Assembly (NCBI GenBank): GCA_938008215.1
Contig: CALLLS010000009.1
Location: 8,300 to 72,299, forward strand
DNA length: 64,000 nucleotides
Origin: an uncultured Verrucomicrobiales bacterium
Lineage (GTDB): Bacteria; Verrucomicrobiota; Verrucomicrobiia; Verrucomicrobiales; Akkermansiaceae
Direction of reading: 5' to 3'
A program made the translations under genes and the position numbers. The notes under the pieces were generated by a model. That model saw nothing but the letters and a program-made list of their open reading frames with translations, made no database searches and was not told the origin of the DNA. Shown here one piece after another: positions 29,848-39,643 of the stretch. Numbering within the stretch: the stretch's first letter is position 1; each line of letters begins with the position of its first letter.

Positions 29848-30999
29848 TTAAGCTTGTTTTGCGTTATAACGCTTAGTGAATTCAGTTTTAAACTCAGTAA
29901 AGCGATCCTCTGCGATAGCCTGTCTCGCTTGCGCAGTAAGAGATAAGTAGAAATGCAAATTATGAAAAGAAAGCAACCTTAAAGCAAGAATTTCACCTGC
30001 TTTCAATAAATGGCGTATATACGCGCGGCTGAATTTCGCTAAATGAGGATGGCAGTTTTCTGTCAAAGGAAGTGGATCTTTTGCGAATTTTTCATTCTTG
30101 AGGTTGATCGGTCCATCTTCGGTGAAAGCCTGCCCGTGTCTTGCGCATCGCGTGGGATGCACACAATCAAACATATCTACCCCTCTGCCGATCATCTCTA
30201 GAATTTGTGGAGGTGTCCCAAGCCCCATCGCGTATCGTGGTTTGGTTTCTGGGAGAAACGGCACTGCATTATCGATCGCGCGGAACATCTCTTCTTCGGG
30301 TTCTCCCACCGATACCCCACCAATCGCATATCCATCAAAGTCTAGATCGGTAAGTGCCTTCGCGGATTTCTCTCTTAGATCCGCATACACACTGCCCTGC
30401 ACGATCCCGAACTGTAATTGCCTCTCTGCGGCGGAGCGGGCCTTCTCAAGTCCACCCGCTGCGGGGGAATGCTCCTCATGCCACTTTTTACATCGCGCTG
30501 CCCAGCGGGTAGTAAGATCTGTGGAGCTTTCTGCGTAAGCACGGTCGCAAGGGTATGGCGGGCATTCATCAAAGAGCATCGCAATGTCTGACCCTAAGGC
30601 GGATTGTATCTCCATACTGACCTCAGGGCTGAGCATCATCTTGGATCCGTCTAAGTGGTTTTGGAAGTTCACCCCCTCCTCCGAAATCTTCCTCAGCTTA
30701 GCGAGAGACCAGACTTGGAACCCTCCCGAATCAGTAAGAATGGGCTTATCCCATGCGGAAAACTTGTGTAAACCTCCTAATTCTCTAATCGTTTCATGCC
30801 CAGGTCTGAGCCAAAGGTGATAGGTATTTCCTAAGATGACCTGCGCGCCCAGTTCTTCTACTTCTTCTGGATGAAGCGTCTTCACAGATGCCTGCGTCCC
30901 CACGGGCATGAAAATAGGTGTCTGGATATCCCCGTGCGGAGTAGTGAGAACCCCATTACGCGCTTTAGATCCTGAGTCTGTGCAGAGTAATTTAAACAT
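29848..30999 (-). CDS. tgt: queuine tRNA-ribosyltransferase
   Basis: TPIFMPVGT and LTDSGGFQ motifs and a zinc-site region. Conserved tgt-yajC-secDF order. Confidence 0.9.
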   Translation of the reverse strand: MFKLLCTDSGSKARNGVLTTPHGDIQTPIFMPVGTQASVKTLHPEEVEELGAQVILGNTYHLWLRPGHETIRELGGLHKFSAWDKPILTDSGGFQVWSLAKLRKISEEGVNFQNHLDGSKMMLSPEVSMEIQSALGSDIAMLFDECPPYPCDRAYAESSTDLTTRWAARCKKWHEEHSPAAGGLEKARSAAERQLQFGIVQGSVYADLREKSAKALTDLDFDGYAIGGVSVGEPEEEMFRAIDNAVPFLPETKPRYAMGLGTPPQILEMIGRGVDMFDCVHPTRCARHGQAFTEDGPINLKNEKFAKDPLPLTENCHPHLAKFSRAYIRHLLKAGEILALRLLSFHNLHFYLSLTAQARQAIAEDRFTEFKTEFTKRYNAKQA

Positions 31000-31459
31000 T
31001 TAGTTTTCTAATCCTAGGTTTTCTTTCCTTGTCTGTATTGATGAGATCGCGACTATCAACTTTAGGAGGTGCGAAAAATTGCGGGTTTTTGTGGGTAAAT
31101 GAAATGTCGTCTCTGCTTTGGTCAAGATGTTCTCCATGTGATTTTAAAGTGAATGAGTTACAGTCAGATGTATACTGGTAATCTCTTCCCCACGGATCTT
31201 TAGGAAGCTTTTGAATTATCATTTGCCATCTAATAGGAATTGGAGGCTTAGAGGGCATTTCTAACAATGCATGTAGCCCTTGGTCGGATGTAGGATAAGA
31301 ACCATTAAGAGTAAAATAAGTAATGAGTGCGGATGAAATCAATTTAATATCCTTATTTACAGTTTCTGTTAAGTTATTCGAGCACCCAACCAGAAATAGA
31401 GTGGCAAATAAGATGAGAAGAGATGAGCGGAATATCATTTGGTGTGACATTAGGATCAT
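30992..31459 (-). CDS. lipoprotein carrying a GspG-type (T2SS major pseudopilin) globular domain
   Basis: The lipobox LFLVGCS replaces the prepilin leader. The body NGSYPTSDQGLHALL...LPKDPWGRDYQY matches the GspG C-terminal domain pattern. Overlaps tgt by 8 nt. Confidence 0.6.
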   Translation of the reverse strand: MILMSHQMIFRSSLLILFATLFLVGCSNNLTETVNKDIKLISSALITYFTLNGSYPTSDQGLHALLEMPSKPPIPIRWQMIIQKLPKDPWGRDYQYTSDCNSFTLKSHGEHLDQSRDDISFTHKNPQFFAPPKVDSRDLINTDKERKPRIRKLNV

Positions 31460-31591
31460 TCGTCGGGGTGTAAATAATTTTTCCTTACATCAGCACATGA
31501 TGCTTCTTCCGAACGCTCAAACGCTAAGTGTCTGAAATCGATTTTTAATCAAACACTTGCATTCTTTGTGTTTTTTTAGAAGTTCCCTAAA

Positions 31592-32533
31592 ATGATTTCT
31601 ATTTTACTGAATGCGGTGAAGGGATATACGATTGGAGCCGCGAATGTGGTGCCAGGTGTTTCCGGTGGCACGATGGCGTATTTACTCGGTATTTATGAGC
31701 GATTACTGAATGCAATTAAAGGGTTTGATCTGGAGGCGATTAAGTTGCTGTTTAGCTTTAAAATAAAAGAATTCATTGAGAAAACGGATCTCACTTTTCT
31801 CGTCAGCATTTTCGTAGGTGTGGCGGCGAGTTTTCTCACCTTAGCTAAGTTTTTGAAGTGGGGGTTTGAGAATTACCCTCTCTACGTCTGGAGCGTCTTC
31901 TTCGGGCTGATTCTAGCCTCTATTCCTTCTCTTTTGAAAAGTGTGCGTTCTTGGAATGCGGGATGCGTCATGTTCGTTATTGTCGGTTTAGTTTCGGCGG
32001 GATCGATGGCTTTCCTTACTCCCGCCAGTGAAAATACGAATTTCCTCTATCTGATGCTTTGTGGGGTAGTAGCGATGGCAAGCATGATTATCCCAGGGCT
32101 GAGTGGCTCTTTCGTCCTTCTCCTCATGGGGAATTATAAGCTCGTGATGCTTGATAGTGTCTCGGCATTGGGAGATGGGAATTTTAGCGAGGCTTTAAAG
32201 GTTCTCATGCCTGTAGGAATTGGTGCAGTTATAGGGCTGGTCTTACTCGCGCGCTTCTTGAGCTGGCTTTTTAAGAAATATCATGATCTTGCGCTTTCGC
32301 TGATAGGTGGTTTTGTAGCAGGCTCACTCGCGGTGATTTGGCCGTGGAAAGATACGGTTACGGAGACCTTCACGAAGGAAAGCGGGGAAATTAAAGAAAA
32401 GATCACTGGATTCACGAATTGGCTCTTACCTGACTTAACCGCTTCTGGCGATTGGATCGCGATTGGGTTTTGTGTCCTGGGCATTATCTTACTCTTACTT
32501 ACTGAAAAGCTGGCGGGGAGTAAGGAATCCTAG
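31592..32533 (+). CDS. DUF368-family membrane protein (family implicated in polyprenyl-phosphate translocation)
   Basis: Duplicated VPGVSGGT / IPGLSGS motifs. Polytopic membrane protein. Confidence 0.7.
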   Translation: MISILLNAVKGYTIGAANVVPGVSGGTMAYLLGIYERLLNAIKGFDLEAIKLLFSFKIKEFIEKTDLTFLVSIFVGVAASFLTLAKFLKWGFENYPLYVWSVFFGLILASIPSLLKSVRSWNAGCVMFVIVGLVSAGSMAFLTPASENTNFLYLMLCGVVAMASMIIPGLSGSFVLLLMGNYKLVMLDSVSALGDGNFSEALKVLMPVGIGAVIGLVLLARFLSWLFKKYHDLALSLIGGFVAGSLAVIWPWKDTVTETFTKESGEIKEKITGFTNWLLPDLTASGDWIAIGFCVLGIILLLLTEKLAGSKES

Positions 32534-32576
32534 AAAAGAATTGCACGCTCAATATGTGCGTTTATATAGTCATCAT

Positions 32577-33575
32577 ATGGCAGACGAAAAGGTATCTCCA
32601 GATGCTTTAGCAAAAATCCATCATGGGTTTCGTGCCATGATTTTATCACGCACTCTGGAAAATAAACTCTCCAGCCTCTATAAGGCAGGAAAAATCGTAG
32701 GCGGAGTATATCTTGGAAAAGGACAAGAGGCGATTAGTGCCAGTCTTGGAACGGTTTTAATAAAAGGAAAAGATGTCTATGCGCCGCTCATTAGAGATCA
32801 GGCGGGGCGCACCGCGTTTGGTGAGGATTTACTGGATGTCACGCGCACATACTTAGGAAAGGTTACGGGACCGATGAAGGGCAGAGATGGAAATGTTCAC
32901 CGCGGGAGACCGAAGGAAGGAATGCCAGCAATGATCAGTCACTTAGGAGCCTCTCTTTCTTATATTGCTGGGATGCTTTTCGCACGTAGATTGAGAGGAG
33001 AGCTGAATGACGCGATAGGCGCAGCCACCTTTGGCGATGGTGCGACTTCTACTGGGGCGTTCCATGAGGGCTTAAACCTTGCGGCAGTAGAGAATCTTCC
33101 TATTATTGTGCTGGTGGTGAATAATAGCTTTGCGTATTCCACGCCTAATGACCGGCAGTTTTCCTGTGATAATCTCATATCGCGAGCGGAAGGGTATGGA
33201 GTTACTGGACATGAGGTAGATGGGACAGACTTTCTCGCATGCATGGATGTAATGACGCAGGCTGCAGAATCAGCGCGTGCAGGGAATGGTCCTCAGTTGA
33301 TAGTGGCGAATGCTCTCAGGCTTTGTGGTCATGGTGAGCATGATGATGCTAAATATATTCCTGCTGAACTACGTGCTCAAAGCCGAGATTGCATAGAAGT
33401 GGCAGAGTCCCAAATGCAAGAAAATGGCTTCCTCTCATCAGAGGAGATAGCCAATATAAAACAGGAGTCCAAAGTTCAGGTGACAGAGGCGGTTGCAATT
33501 GCGCAACGCGAACCGACTCCAGACCCTAGAAAAGATGACTGGCAAGCTCTAGGAATGAAAAATACGATACTTTAA
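32577..33575 (+). CDS. 2-oxoacid dehydrogenase E1 component, alpha subunit (ThDP-dependent)
   Basis: The start is trimmed to the ATG at 32577 (MADEK...), which avoids an overlap with the DUF368 gene. Contains the ThDP motif region GDGATSTGAFHEGLNLA...NN. Confidence 0.8.
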   Translation: MADEKVSPDALAKIHHGFRAMILSRTLENKLSSLYKAGKIVGGVYLGKGQEAISASLGTVLIKGKDVYAPLIRDQAGRTAFGEDLLDVTRTYLGKVTGPMKGRDGNVHRGRPKEGMPAMISHLGASLSYIAGMLFARRLRGELNDAIGAATFGDGATSTGAFHEGLNLAAVENLPIIVLVVNNSFAYSTPNDRQFSCDNLISRAEGYGVTGHEVDGTDFLACMDVMTQAAESARAGNGPQLIVANALRLCGHGEHDDAKYIPAELRAQSRDCIEVAESQMQENGFLSSEEIANIKQESKVQVTEAVAIAQREPTPDPRKDDWQALGMKNTIL

Positions 33576-33578
33576 ACT

Positions 33579-34544
33579 ATGGCACTTACCTACATTGAGG
33601 CAATTCATACTGCACAGCGTGAACTTTTAGAGGAATCCGCTGATGTCTTTATTTACGGGCAGGATGTAGGCGCATTTGGTGGTGCCTTTAAGGCGACGGA
33701 AGGGCTTGCGGAGGCATTTCCTGGTCGTGTTATCGACGCCCCTATTTCAGAAGATGCAATGGCGGGAATGGTCATAGGCGCAGCAGTAGAGGGTGCGCGG
33801 CCAATCTTAGAGATGCAGTTCGCTGACTTTTCTTCGGTTGCTTTTAATCAGATCGTGAATCAGGCGGCTACGCATTACTATCGAACAGGAGTGCAAGTTC
33901 CTATTACGGTGAGGCTTCCCTCAGGAGGAACTCCAGGATCAGGCCCTTTTCATAGCCAGACGATGGAAAGCATCTATGCGCATTACCCCGGGCTAATCGT
34001 TGTAACACCAGCAACGGTGGCGGACGCGTATGGCATGCTAAAAGAAGCGGTCATGATGGATGACCCAGTGATGTATTGTGAACATAAGTTTCTCTACCGC
34101 TGGCTTAGAGCCGATGAATTAAAGAAGAACTCGCTACCAATAGGGCAGGCAAGGATCGTAAGACCTGGAAAGGACGCGACGGTTGTGACATACAGTGCGA
34201 TGGTGCATGAAGCCGTTAAAGCGGCGGAGATGCTGAAAGAAGATGGATGGGAGATAGAAGTAGTAGATTTACGTTCGGTTAAACCGATCGATATAGACAC
34301 GATCATGGCATCTATTTCTCGTACTGGTCGCTTGTTAGCACTAGGTGAAGGGTTTCCGTGGGGCGGGGTAACAGCAGAGGTTGTTTCACTGGTGGTGGCA
34401 GAAGGATTTCATCTTTTAGATGCTGCACCAATGCGTTTAAACTCTAAGGACACCCCAGTTCCCTATCACCCTGATTTATGGGCTGCTCATCGCCCAACGC
34501 CAGAATCTATTTCTGTTAGTCTCAAACACCTTTTAAGATTATAA
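33579..34544 (+). CDS. 2-oxoacid dehydrogenase E1 component, beta subunit
   Basis: Transketolase-like pyrimidine-binding and C-terminal domains, with DAPISEDAMAG. Located 3 nt after the alpha subunit gene. Confidence 0.85.
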   Translation: MALTYIEAIHTAQRELLEESADVFIYGQDVGAFGGAFKATEGLAEAFPGRVIDAPISEDAMAGMVIGAAVEGARPILEMQFADFSSVAFNQIVNQAATHYYRTGVQVPITVRLPSGGTPGSGPFHSQTMESIYAHYPGLIVVTPATVADAYGMLKEAVMMDDPVMYCEHKFLYRWLRADELKKNSLPIGQARIVRPGKDATVVTYSAMVHEAVKAAEMLKEDGWEIEVVDLRSVKPIDIDTIMASISRTGRLLALGEGFPWGGVTAEVVSLVVAEGFHLLDAAPMRLNSKDTPVPYHPDLWAAHRPTPESISVSLKHLLRL

Positions 34545-34550
34545 ATACCT

Positions 34551-35792
34551 ATGCCTAAAGTAGCGATTACCATGCCCCAGCTCGGCGAGTCCATTGCCGA
34601 GGCGATCATCGTCAAATTTCTTGTGAAACCTGGAGATACGATAGAAGTGGATCAAGAGGTGATAGAAGTGGAGACGAATAAGGCTACGATGGGGGTAACT
34701 ACTCTTTGCGGCGGGGTGCTTTCTCAGTTTCATGTGGAAGAAGGGACGAGTTATGCAGTAGGAACACAATTAGGTATTATCGAGGCGACTGAAGAGGAAA
34801 TCCAAGCGACAGGAGTAACTCCTATTGGTCAGAAAGCAAATACGGAGGAAGAGGGTGAGCTTATTGAGAAGACTCTCTCACATGGTGATAATCCTGCGGT
34901 GAAGCAGGACAGCCAAATGGATTTACCAGACGCGATTACGATAGAGCCTTCTGTGAATGGTTTACCTGTGCCTGTAGGAACTAAGGGTGCAAATTATATT
35001 TCGCCTAGGATGCGTGCTCGCATGGATGACCTAGGGCTTAGAGCGGCAGACATTTCTGCAGTTTCCGGAAGTGGAGCTGGTGGCCGCGTAACGATTGAAG
35101 ATTTAGAAGCATTTCTTCTCAGCATAGAGGACTGGCCGAAAAGCAAAGCCTCTCCAATGCGATTAGCGGTTGCTGACGCAATGCGTAGATCTTGGACGAG
35201 ACCGCTTGCGACGGTTGGGATGCCTGTGGTTTTAGATAAGGTGCTAAATCACAGACGTAAGCAGTTACCTAAGCCAGGTCTCACCCTTTATGTTCTTCGG
35301 GCGTTTGCTTTAGCTCTGAAGGGAGATCCTGCGTCCGCTGGATACTTAATCGGGGAAAATATTGTCTATCCGCGTGCCTTCGATATCGGGGTGGCAGTGC
35401 AAGTTGAAGATGGCGTAGTAGTGCCTGTAATCAGAGATGCGGATACGAAGACCGTTCCACAACTTAGTGAAGAGTATGCAGAGCTCGTAGATAAAGCTCG
35501 GGGAAGAAGACTTGGTAAAGAGACGCTAGAGAAGGGAATTGCTACCGTGACGAACTTCGGAACCTTCGGGCTTGTCTCAGGAAACCCTATTCCATTACCG
35601 AACGAAACACTTATTTTAGGTCTAGGAGCAGGGGTGAAGAAGCCAGTGTGGAGTGAAGAAACGAACACTTTTATCCCAGTAACTACTTGTGAGCTTGTTA
35701 TTACATTTGATCACCGCGTCGTCGATGGCGGTGGAGCTGGAATGCTTCTTCAGAAAGTAAGAGACCTTTTACAGAAGCCAGAACTGCTTTAA
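34551..35792 (+). CDS. dihydrolipoamide acyltransferase E2
   Basis: Lipoyl domain (VETNKAT), subunit-binding domain (SPRMRARM), and catalytic DHRVVDG. Confidence 0.85.
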   Translation: MPKVAITMPQLGESIAEAIIVKFLVKPGDTIEVDQEVIEVETNKATMGVTTLCGGVLSQFHVEEGTSYAVGTQLGIIEATEEEIQATGVTPIGQKANTEEEGELIEKTLSHGDNPAVKQDSQMDLPDAITIEPSVNGLPVPVGTKGANYISPRMRARMDDLGLRAADISAVSGSGAGGRVTIEDLEAFLLSIEDWPKSKASPMRLAVADAMRRSWTRPLATVGMPVVLDKVLNHRRKQLPKPGLTLYVLRAFALALKGDPASAGYLIGENIVYPRAFDIGVAVQVEDGVVVPVIRDADTKTVPQLSEEYAELVDKARGRRLGKETLEKGIATVTNFGTFGLVSGNPIPLPNETLILGLGAGVKKPVWSEETNTFIPVTTCELVITFDHRVVDGGGAGMLLQKVRDLLQKPELL

Positions 35793-36817
35793 GGGCGAGC
35801 CTGAGCTTGGGTGCGATATTCAGACTGCCCCATGTGAATGAGTTTAGAGCGCGGGTCTATAAGGGCTTGGCTAGCTTTGAGAAAGTCTACTCCTAAGATT
35901 CCATCAACGCTAGAGCCATCCGGGAGCTTAAAAGACTTTTTTACGTTGGAGAGATTAGCTACTGCAAGCGGTAGGTTTGACATCGTTGTTTGACCAAATT
36001 TTAATTGGTTAACGATAGTAAAGCCGAGGGAGGAAGAATCTCCTGAGATGTCGATCATCTTACTGTTAGTCTTAACGACGCGCAGCCCCAATTTCTTTGC
36101 AGAAGCCGAGTCTATAATGGAAACTTCAGCCCCCGTATCGATGATCCAGTTTGTAGAGTGCGTGTTATGTCTCCCTTTCAAAATCAGATGAGAATATTTA
36201 TGATGAGAAAAGAGAGGGAGGGGCTCAAAGCCAAGTTGAGGGGTCTTACCTAGCAAAGGAAACTTGCTATGACTTAAAATATCTTTTCTGGGCATCCATA
36301 CCTTTCTAGCAGCGATATCAATTACAGTGGCGCTTTCCACCATCGCATCTAGTCCAACTTGCCCATTATACTTTCCTACGGAGGAGCTTTTGCTTTGCCC
36401 TTCATTTATAACGACTACAAATGGATTCAGTTTTTGTGGTCCGTATTGTAGGCTGGTTACACTTAGCTTAGAGCGGATTTTTCGCCCTAGAGCACCCTTA
36501 CTAATAACTTCAAAATCGGTGTTTTGTTTCAAGCCTATACTTTCTGCAGAGTCCTTATCAATGTCAGTGCTATTTGCTCCTGTATCTAAGAGCATTCGCA
36601 TCTCATTTCCTGCTATTTTTATCCTGCTCCAATATCGAGCGTCATCATTGATGGAGTGAAGATTATGTGCCGCATAGCCTTTACTTCTTAACACCTGTTC
36701 ACGTGCGTTGCCTGAAGTGTAATTCGTCGCGCAGGAAGCAAAGAAAAAGGTAACGGGAGCTAATAGGAGGAGAAAACGATTCATTAAGGCAATATAGAAA
36801 ATGAATTTCCAAAGCAT
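35789..36817 (-). CDS. tandem retropepsin-like (clan AA) aspartic protease, probable lipoprotein
   Basis: Two DTGA active-site motifs, LLDTGANSTDID and IIDTGAEVSIID, in one chain. N-terminal signal with FFFASC. Confidence 0.65.
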   Translation of the reverse strand: MLWKFIFYIALMNRFLLLLAPVTFFFASCATNYTSGNAREQVLRSKGYAAHNLHSINDDARYWSRIKIAGNEMRMLLDTGANSTDIDKDSAESIGLKQNTDFEVISKGALGRKIRSKLSVTSLQYGPQKLNPFVVVINEGQSKSSSVGKYNGQVGLDAMVESATVIDIAARKVWMPRKDILSHSKFPLLGKTPQLGFEPLPLFSHHKYSHLILKGRHNTHSTNWIIDTGAEVSIIDSASAKKLGLRVVKTNSKMIDISGDSSSLGFTIVNQLKFGQTTMSNLPLAVANLSNVKKSFKLPDGSSVDGILGVDFLKASQALIDPRSKLIHMGQSEYRTQAQARP

Positions 36818-36919
36818 TTGTAAACTACATACAGATAATTATGAAATCTTGAATCATTTATCGCTTTGCGTAAAATGAGCGTGACCTTAATGGAATAGTT
36901 AACTAGTAAGATATACTCT

Positions 36920-39643
36920 ATGAAACCTAGCATCGCGGATATATGCCGATCTAATTCTTGTGTTTACACAGGGATTGCGATGTTTTTTTTGGTGAATGTC
37001 CTTTTTTCGGAGTCTTCTCCGGAGGAACTCATTAATGCTAGGAAAGCAATAGCAAGTGATAGTTTCTCACTTCTCCAATCCGGTGATAAAGCCTACGCTT
37101 CTGGAGATTTAACCACAGCAGTGAGAGACTTCCAAAAAGGGTTTGGTCAACTTTCTGAAGGTGGAGGAACATTAACATTAACATTGAAGGCAGAATTGGC
37201 AGATCGCTATGGCACTGCAGCCTCACAGGAGGCTAAGCGATTAATGAGAATTGGAGATAGAGAGGAAGCAAAGGCACTTTTAGAAACGGTTTTGTCTGAG
37301 GACGTAGCTCCAAATAATCAAGCTGCCCTGAGAGCTCTTGAAAAATTAAATGACCCTATATCATCTAACCCTGCGTTGACTAAAGCGTTCGTCCAGGATG
37401 TAGACCAAGTGAGAAGATTACTCTACCAAGCGGAAGGAGCCTACAACTTAGGGAAATTTGATAAAGCCGAGGAGCAGTATAAACGTGTTTTACAAGTCGA
37501 TTCATATAATAAGGCGGCAAGAAGGGGGCTAGAGAGAGTGACGCAAAGAAAGGCGAATTACTACCGCGCCTCATACGACAGTGCGCGCGCTAAGATGCTT
37601 TCTGAGGTGGATAAGCAGTGGGAGCTAAATGCGGTTACACCAAGAGGCAATAGTGAAATTATGACCGAATTTAACGCAGACCAGGCGGTCTCCTCTCTGT
37701 CAAATAAGCTGGACACAATAATTCTTCCAAGAGTGGATTTCCAAGGAGAAGACATTTACGAAGTGATAGATACTCTTAGGGCATTATCAAGAAGCTTAGC
37801 ATCAGATTCGCTTTACACAAATTCAGGATTACAGTTCGTCTTAAAAATCCCTGAAAATTCCGAGGTTCTTTCTAAAAGAATCACTCTCAATTTAAGTAAT
37901 GTTCCACTTCGCAAAGTGATTGAAAGTGTGGCTTCTGATTTAGGGTTGAGCGTCAGTGTAGATGATTACGCTATAGTGCTTTCTTCTAACGGGGACTCTA
38001 ATGACTCTTTATCGACGAGGTCATTTAACGTCTCTCCCAATTTCCTCTCAAGGAGTGCGAAAAAAGAGCAGCCTAGCGATGACCCTTTCAGTCTCAATGA
38101 AGAAAGTCCAGATGGCGGCTTACGAGGAAAAAGGCTCACAGCTCGAGAAATTCTAGAAGATTTTGGTATCCAGTTTGAAGGCTCTGCGATAGCATCATTC
38201 TTGCCATCAACGAGCACCTTAATCGTTAAAAATACTTCCGCGCAATTAAATGCGTTAGAGAATGTCATACAGGCTTTAGCTAGGGAGCAACCTGTAATGA
38301 TCGCACTAGAGACGAAGCTTATTAGTGTGCAAGCATTTGGTGATGAAGAGTTGAGCACTGATTGGACAGTTGAAGGAACTATCCTAAATGCAATTGCTAA
38401 TGGCATAGGGTTATCTGCTGGAACCGTGGGAAATGGAAAGACAAATGAAGGCATCACAGGCTCTCCGCTTACGGCAGGGAATCGCTCAGGAGGAACAGCA
38501 ACTGTACCTAACAGTATTGATCTAGTCACTGAAAGGGAGATTGGAGAGCCTGGAAGGGTTCAAGCAAATTACGACCCCTTTATATTTGCAAACACAGGGG
38601 ACAGGCAAGATGCTCTATTAAGTGGCATCATATCTGATCCTGGAAGTTTAACTACTAATAACCAAAACTTTGCCCCTTCTCCAGGAGTGTTTTCAGTATC
38701 CGCCGGATTAGATTCAGCTACGGTGAATGCGATGCTCAGAGGGCTTAGCCAAAAAAAGGGAACAGACTTCCTAATTAAACCAAGCATTACAACCCGGTCA
38801 GGACAGCTCGCAACAGTAGAAATAGGTAAAGAATTCACATACGTTTCTGAGTATGAACCTCCTGAAATTTCACAAGGGACTCCGAGAAATGATAGCAACA
38901 TCAGTAACGGTGAAATAGATGATTTGCTCGGTGTGGAAGGAGATCCAACATGGTATTATATTTGGGATCCAGATGATTTAGAAATTTTAGATGCTGAAAT
39001 TGATGGGGTTAGTTACCAAAGTTTCACTTCAGCGGTGACTCCAAGCCACCCCTCCACATTTAAAACAGTAATTCTAGGAACGGAATTAGAAATTCAGCCT
39101 ACACTAGATGAAAACGGGAAGACGATTAGTCTTTCTATCAACAGCGTTTATAGAGACTTTGACGGCTTCATAAACTACGGGTTTCCGATCAATGCCTTTT
39201 CTACCGAAATCAAATTTCAGCAAAGTTACATTGACGATAACATCGATTTTCTAACTCAAGAGCTACCACCTGAACTTGACGCATTTATTAGTTTTGGTTC
39301 CGATGAATTTCCAGACCCTGGAGCGCCGTTTCAAGAAAACATTCTAGAAGTGCAGGAAAGGTTTTTCCAAGCGACGCCTAACTTCATATTGATGCCTGTA
39401 TTTCAGACCATCAGAGCTCAAACAAATGTGACAGTTTATGATGGGGCCACACTCATACTCGGTGGACTCATAAATTCAACAAGACGGAAGTTAGAAGATA
39501 AGGTTCCTATTCTTGGTAGTCTCCCATTAATTGGTAAAGCATTTACTTCAGAGATTGACCAAACGGTAAAAAAACAGATTCTATTAGCAATAACGGCAAA
39601 GGTAATTGATCCTACTGGTCGCCCAATACATTCATCATTCTAA
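36920..39643 (+). CDS. secretin-family outer-membrane channel with N-terminal TPR-like region
   Basis: C-terminal secretin signature DGATLILGGLI...KVPILGSLPLIGKAFTS...ILLAITAKVI. N0/N1-like modules are present. TPR-like repeats lie near the N-terminus. Confidence 0.75.
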   Translation: MKPSIADICRSNSCVYTGIAMFFLVNVLFSESSPEELINARKAIASDSFSLLQSGDKAYASGDLTTAVRDFQKGFGQLSEGGGTLTLTLKAELADRYGTAASQEAKRLMRIGDREEAKALLETVLSEDVAPNNQAALRALEKLNDPISSNPALTKAFVQDVDQVRRLLYQAEGAYNLGKFDKAEEQYKRVLQVDSYNKAARRGLERVTQRKANYYRASYDSARAKMLSEVDKQWELNAVTPRGNSEIMTEFNADQAVSSLSNKLDTIILPRVDFQGEDIYEVIDTLRALSRSLASDSLYTNSGLQFVLKIPENSEVLSKRITLNLSNVPLRKVIESVASDLGLSVSVDDYAIVLSSNGDSNDSLSTRSFNVSPNFLSRSAKKEQPSDDPFSLNEESPDGGLRGKRLTAREILEDFGIQFEGSAIASFLPSTSTLIVKNTSAQLNALENVIQALAREQPVMIALETKLISVQAFGDEELSTDWTVEGTILNAIANGIGLSAGTVGNGKTNEGITGSPLTAGNRSGGTATVPNSIDLVTEREIGEPGRVQANYDPFIFANTGDRQDALLSGIISDPGSLTTNNQNFAPSPGVFSVSAGLDSATVNAMLRGLSQKKGTDFLIKPSITTRSGQLATVEIGKEFTYVSEYEPPEISQGTPRNDSNISNGEIDDLLGVEGDPTWYYIWDPDDLEILDAEIDGVSYQSFTSAVTPSHPSTFKTVILGTELEIQPTLDENGKTISLSINSVYRDFDGFINYGFPINAFSTEIKFQQSYIDDNIDFLTQELPPELDAFISFGSDEFPDPGAPFQENILEVQERFFQATPNFILMPVFQTIRAQTNVTVYDGATLILGGLINSTRRKLEDKVPILGSLPLIGKAFTSEIDQTVKKQILLAITAKVIDPTGRPIHSSF

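Noticed and set aside
32463-32576. Long version of the E1-alpha ORF overlapping the DUF368 gene by ~70 nt
   Set aside because: The extension has no E1 similarity. The ATG at 32577 (MADEK...) removes the overlap.
37966-38529. 187-aa minus-strand ORF
   Set aside because: It is antisense to the secretin gene, with no recognisable motifs. Other shadow ORFs were rejected for the same reason: 2762-3178, 5369-5737, 19004-19480, 30098-30538, 53622-53975, 57899-58656 and 59890-60415.
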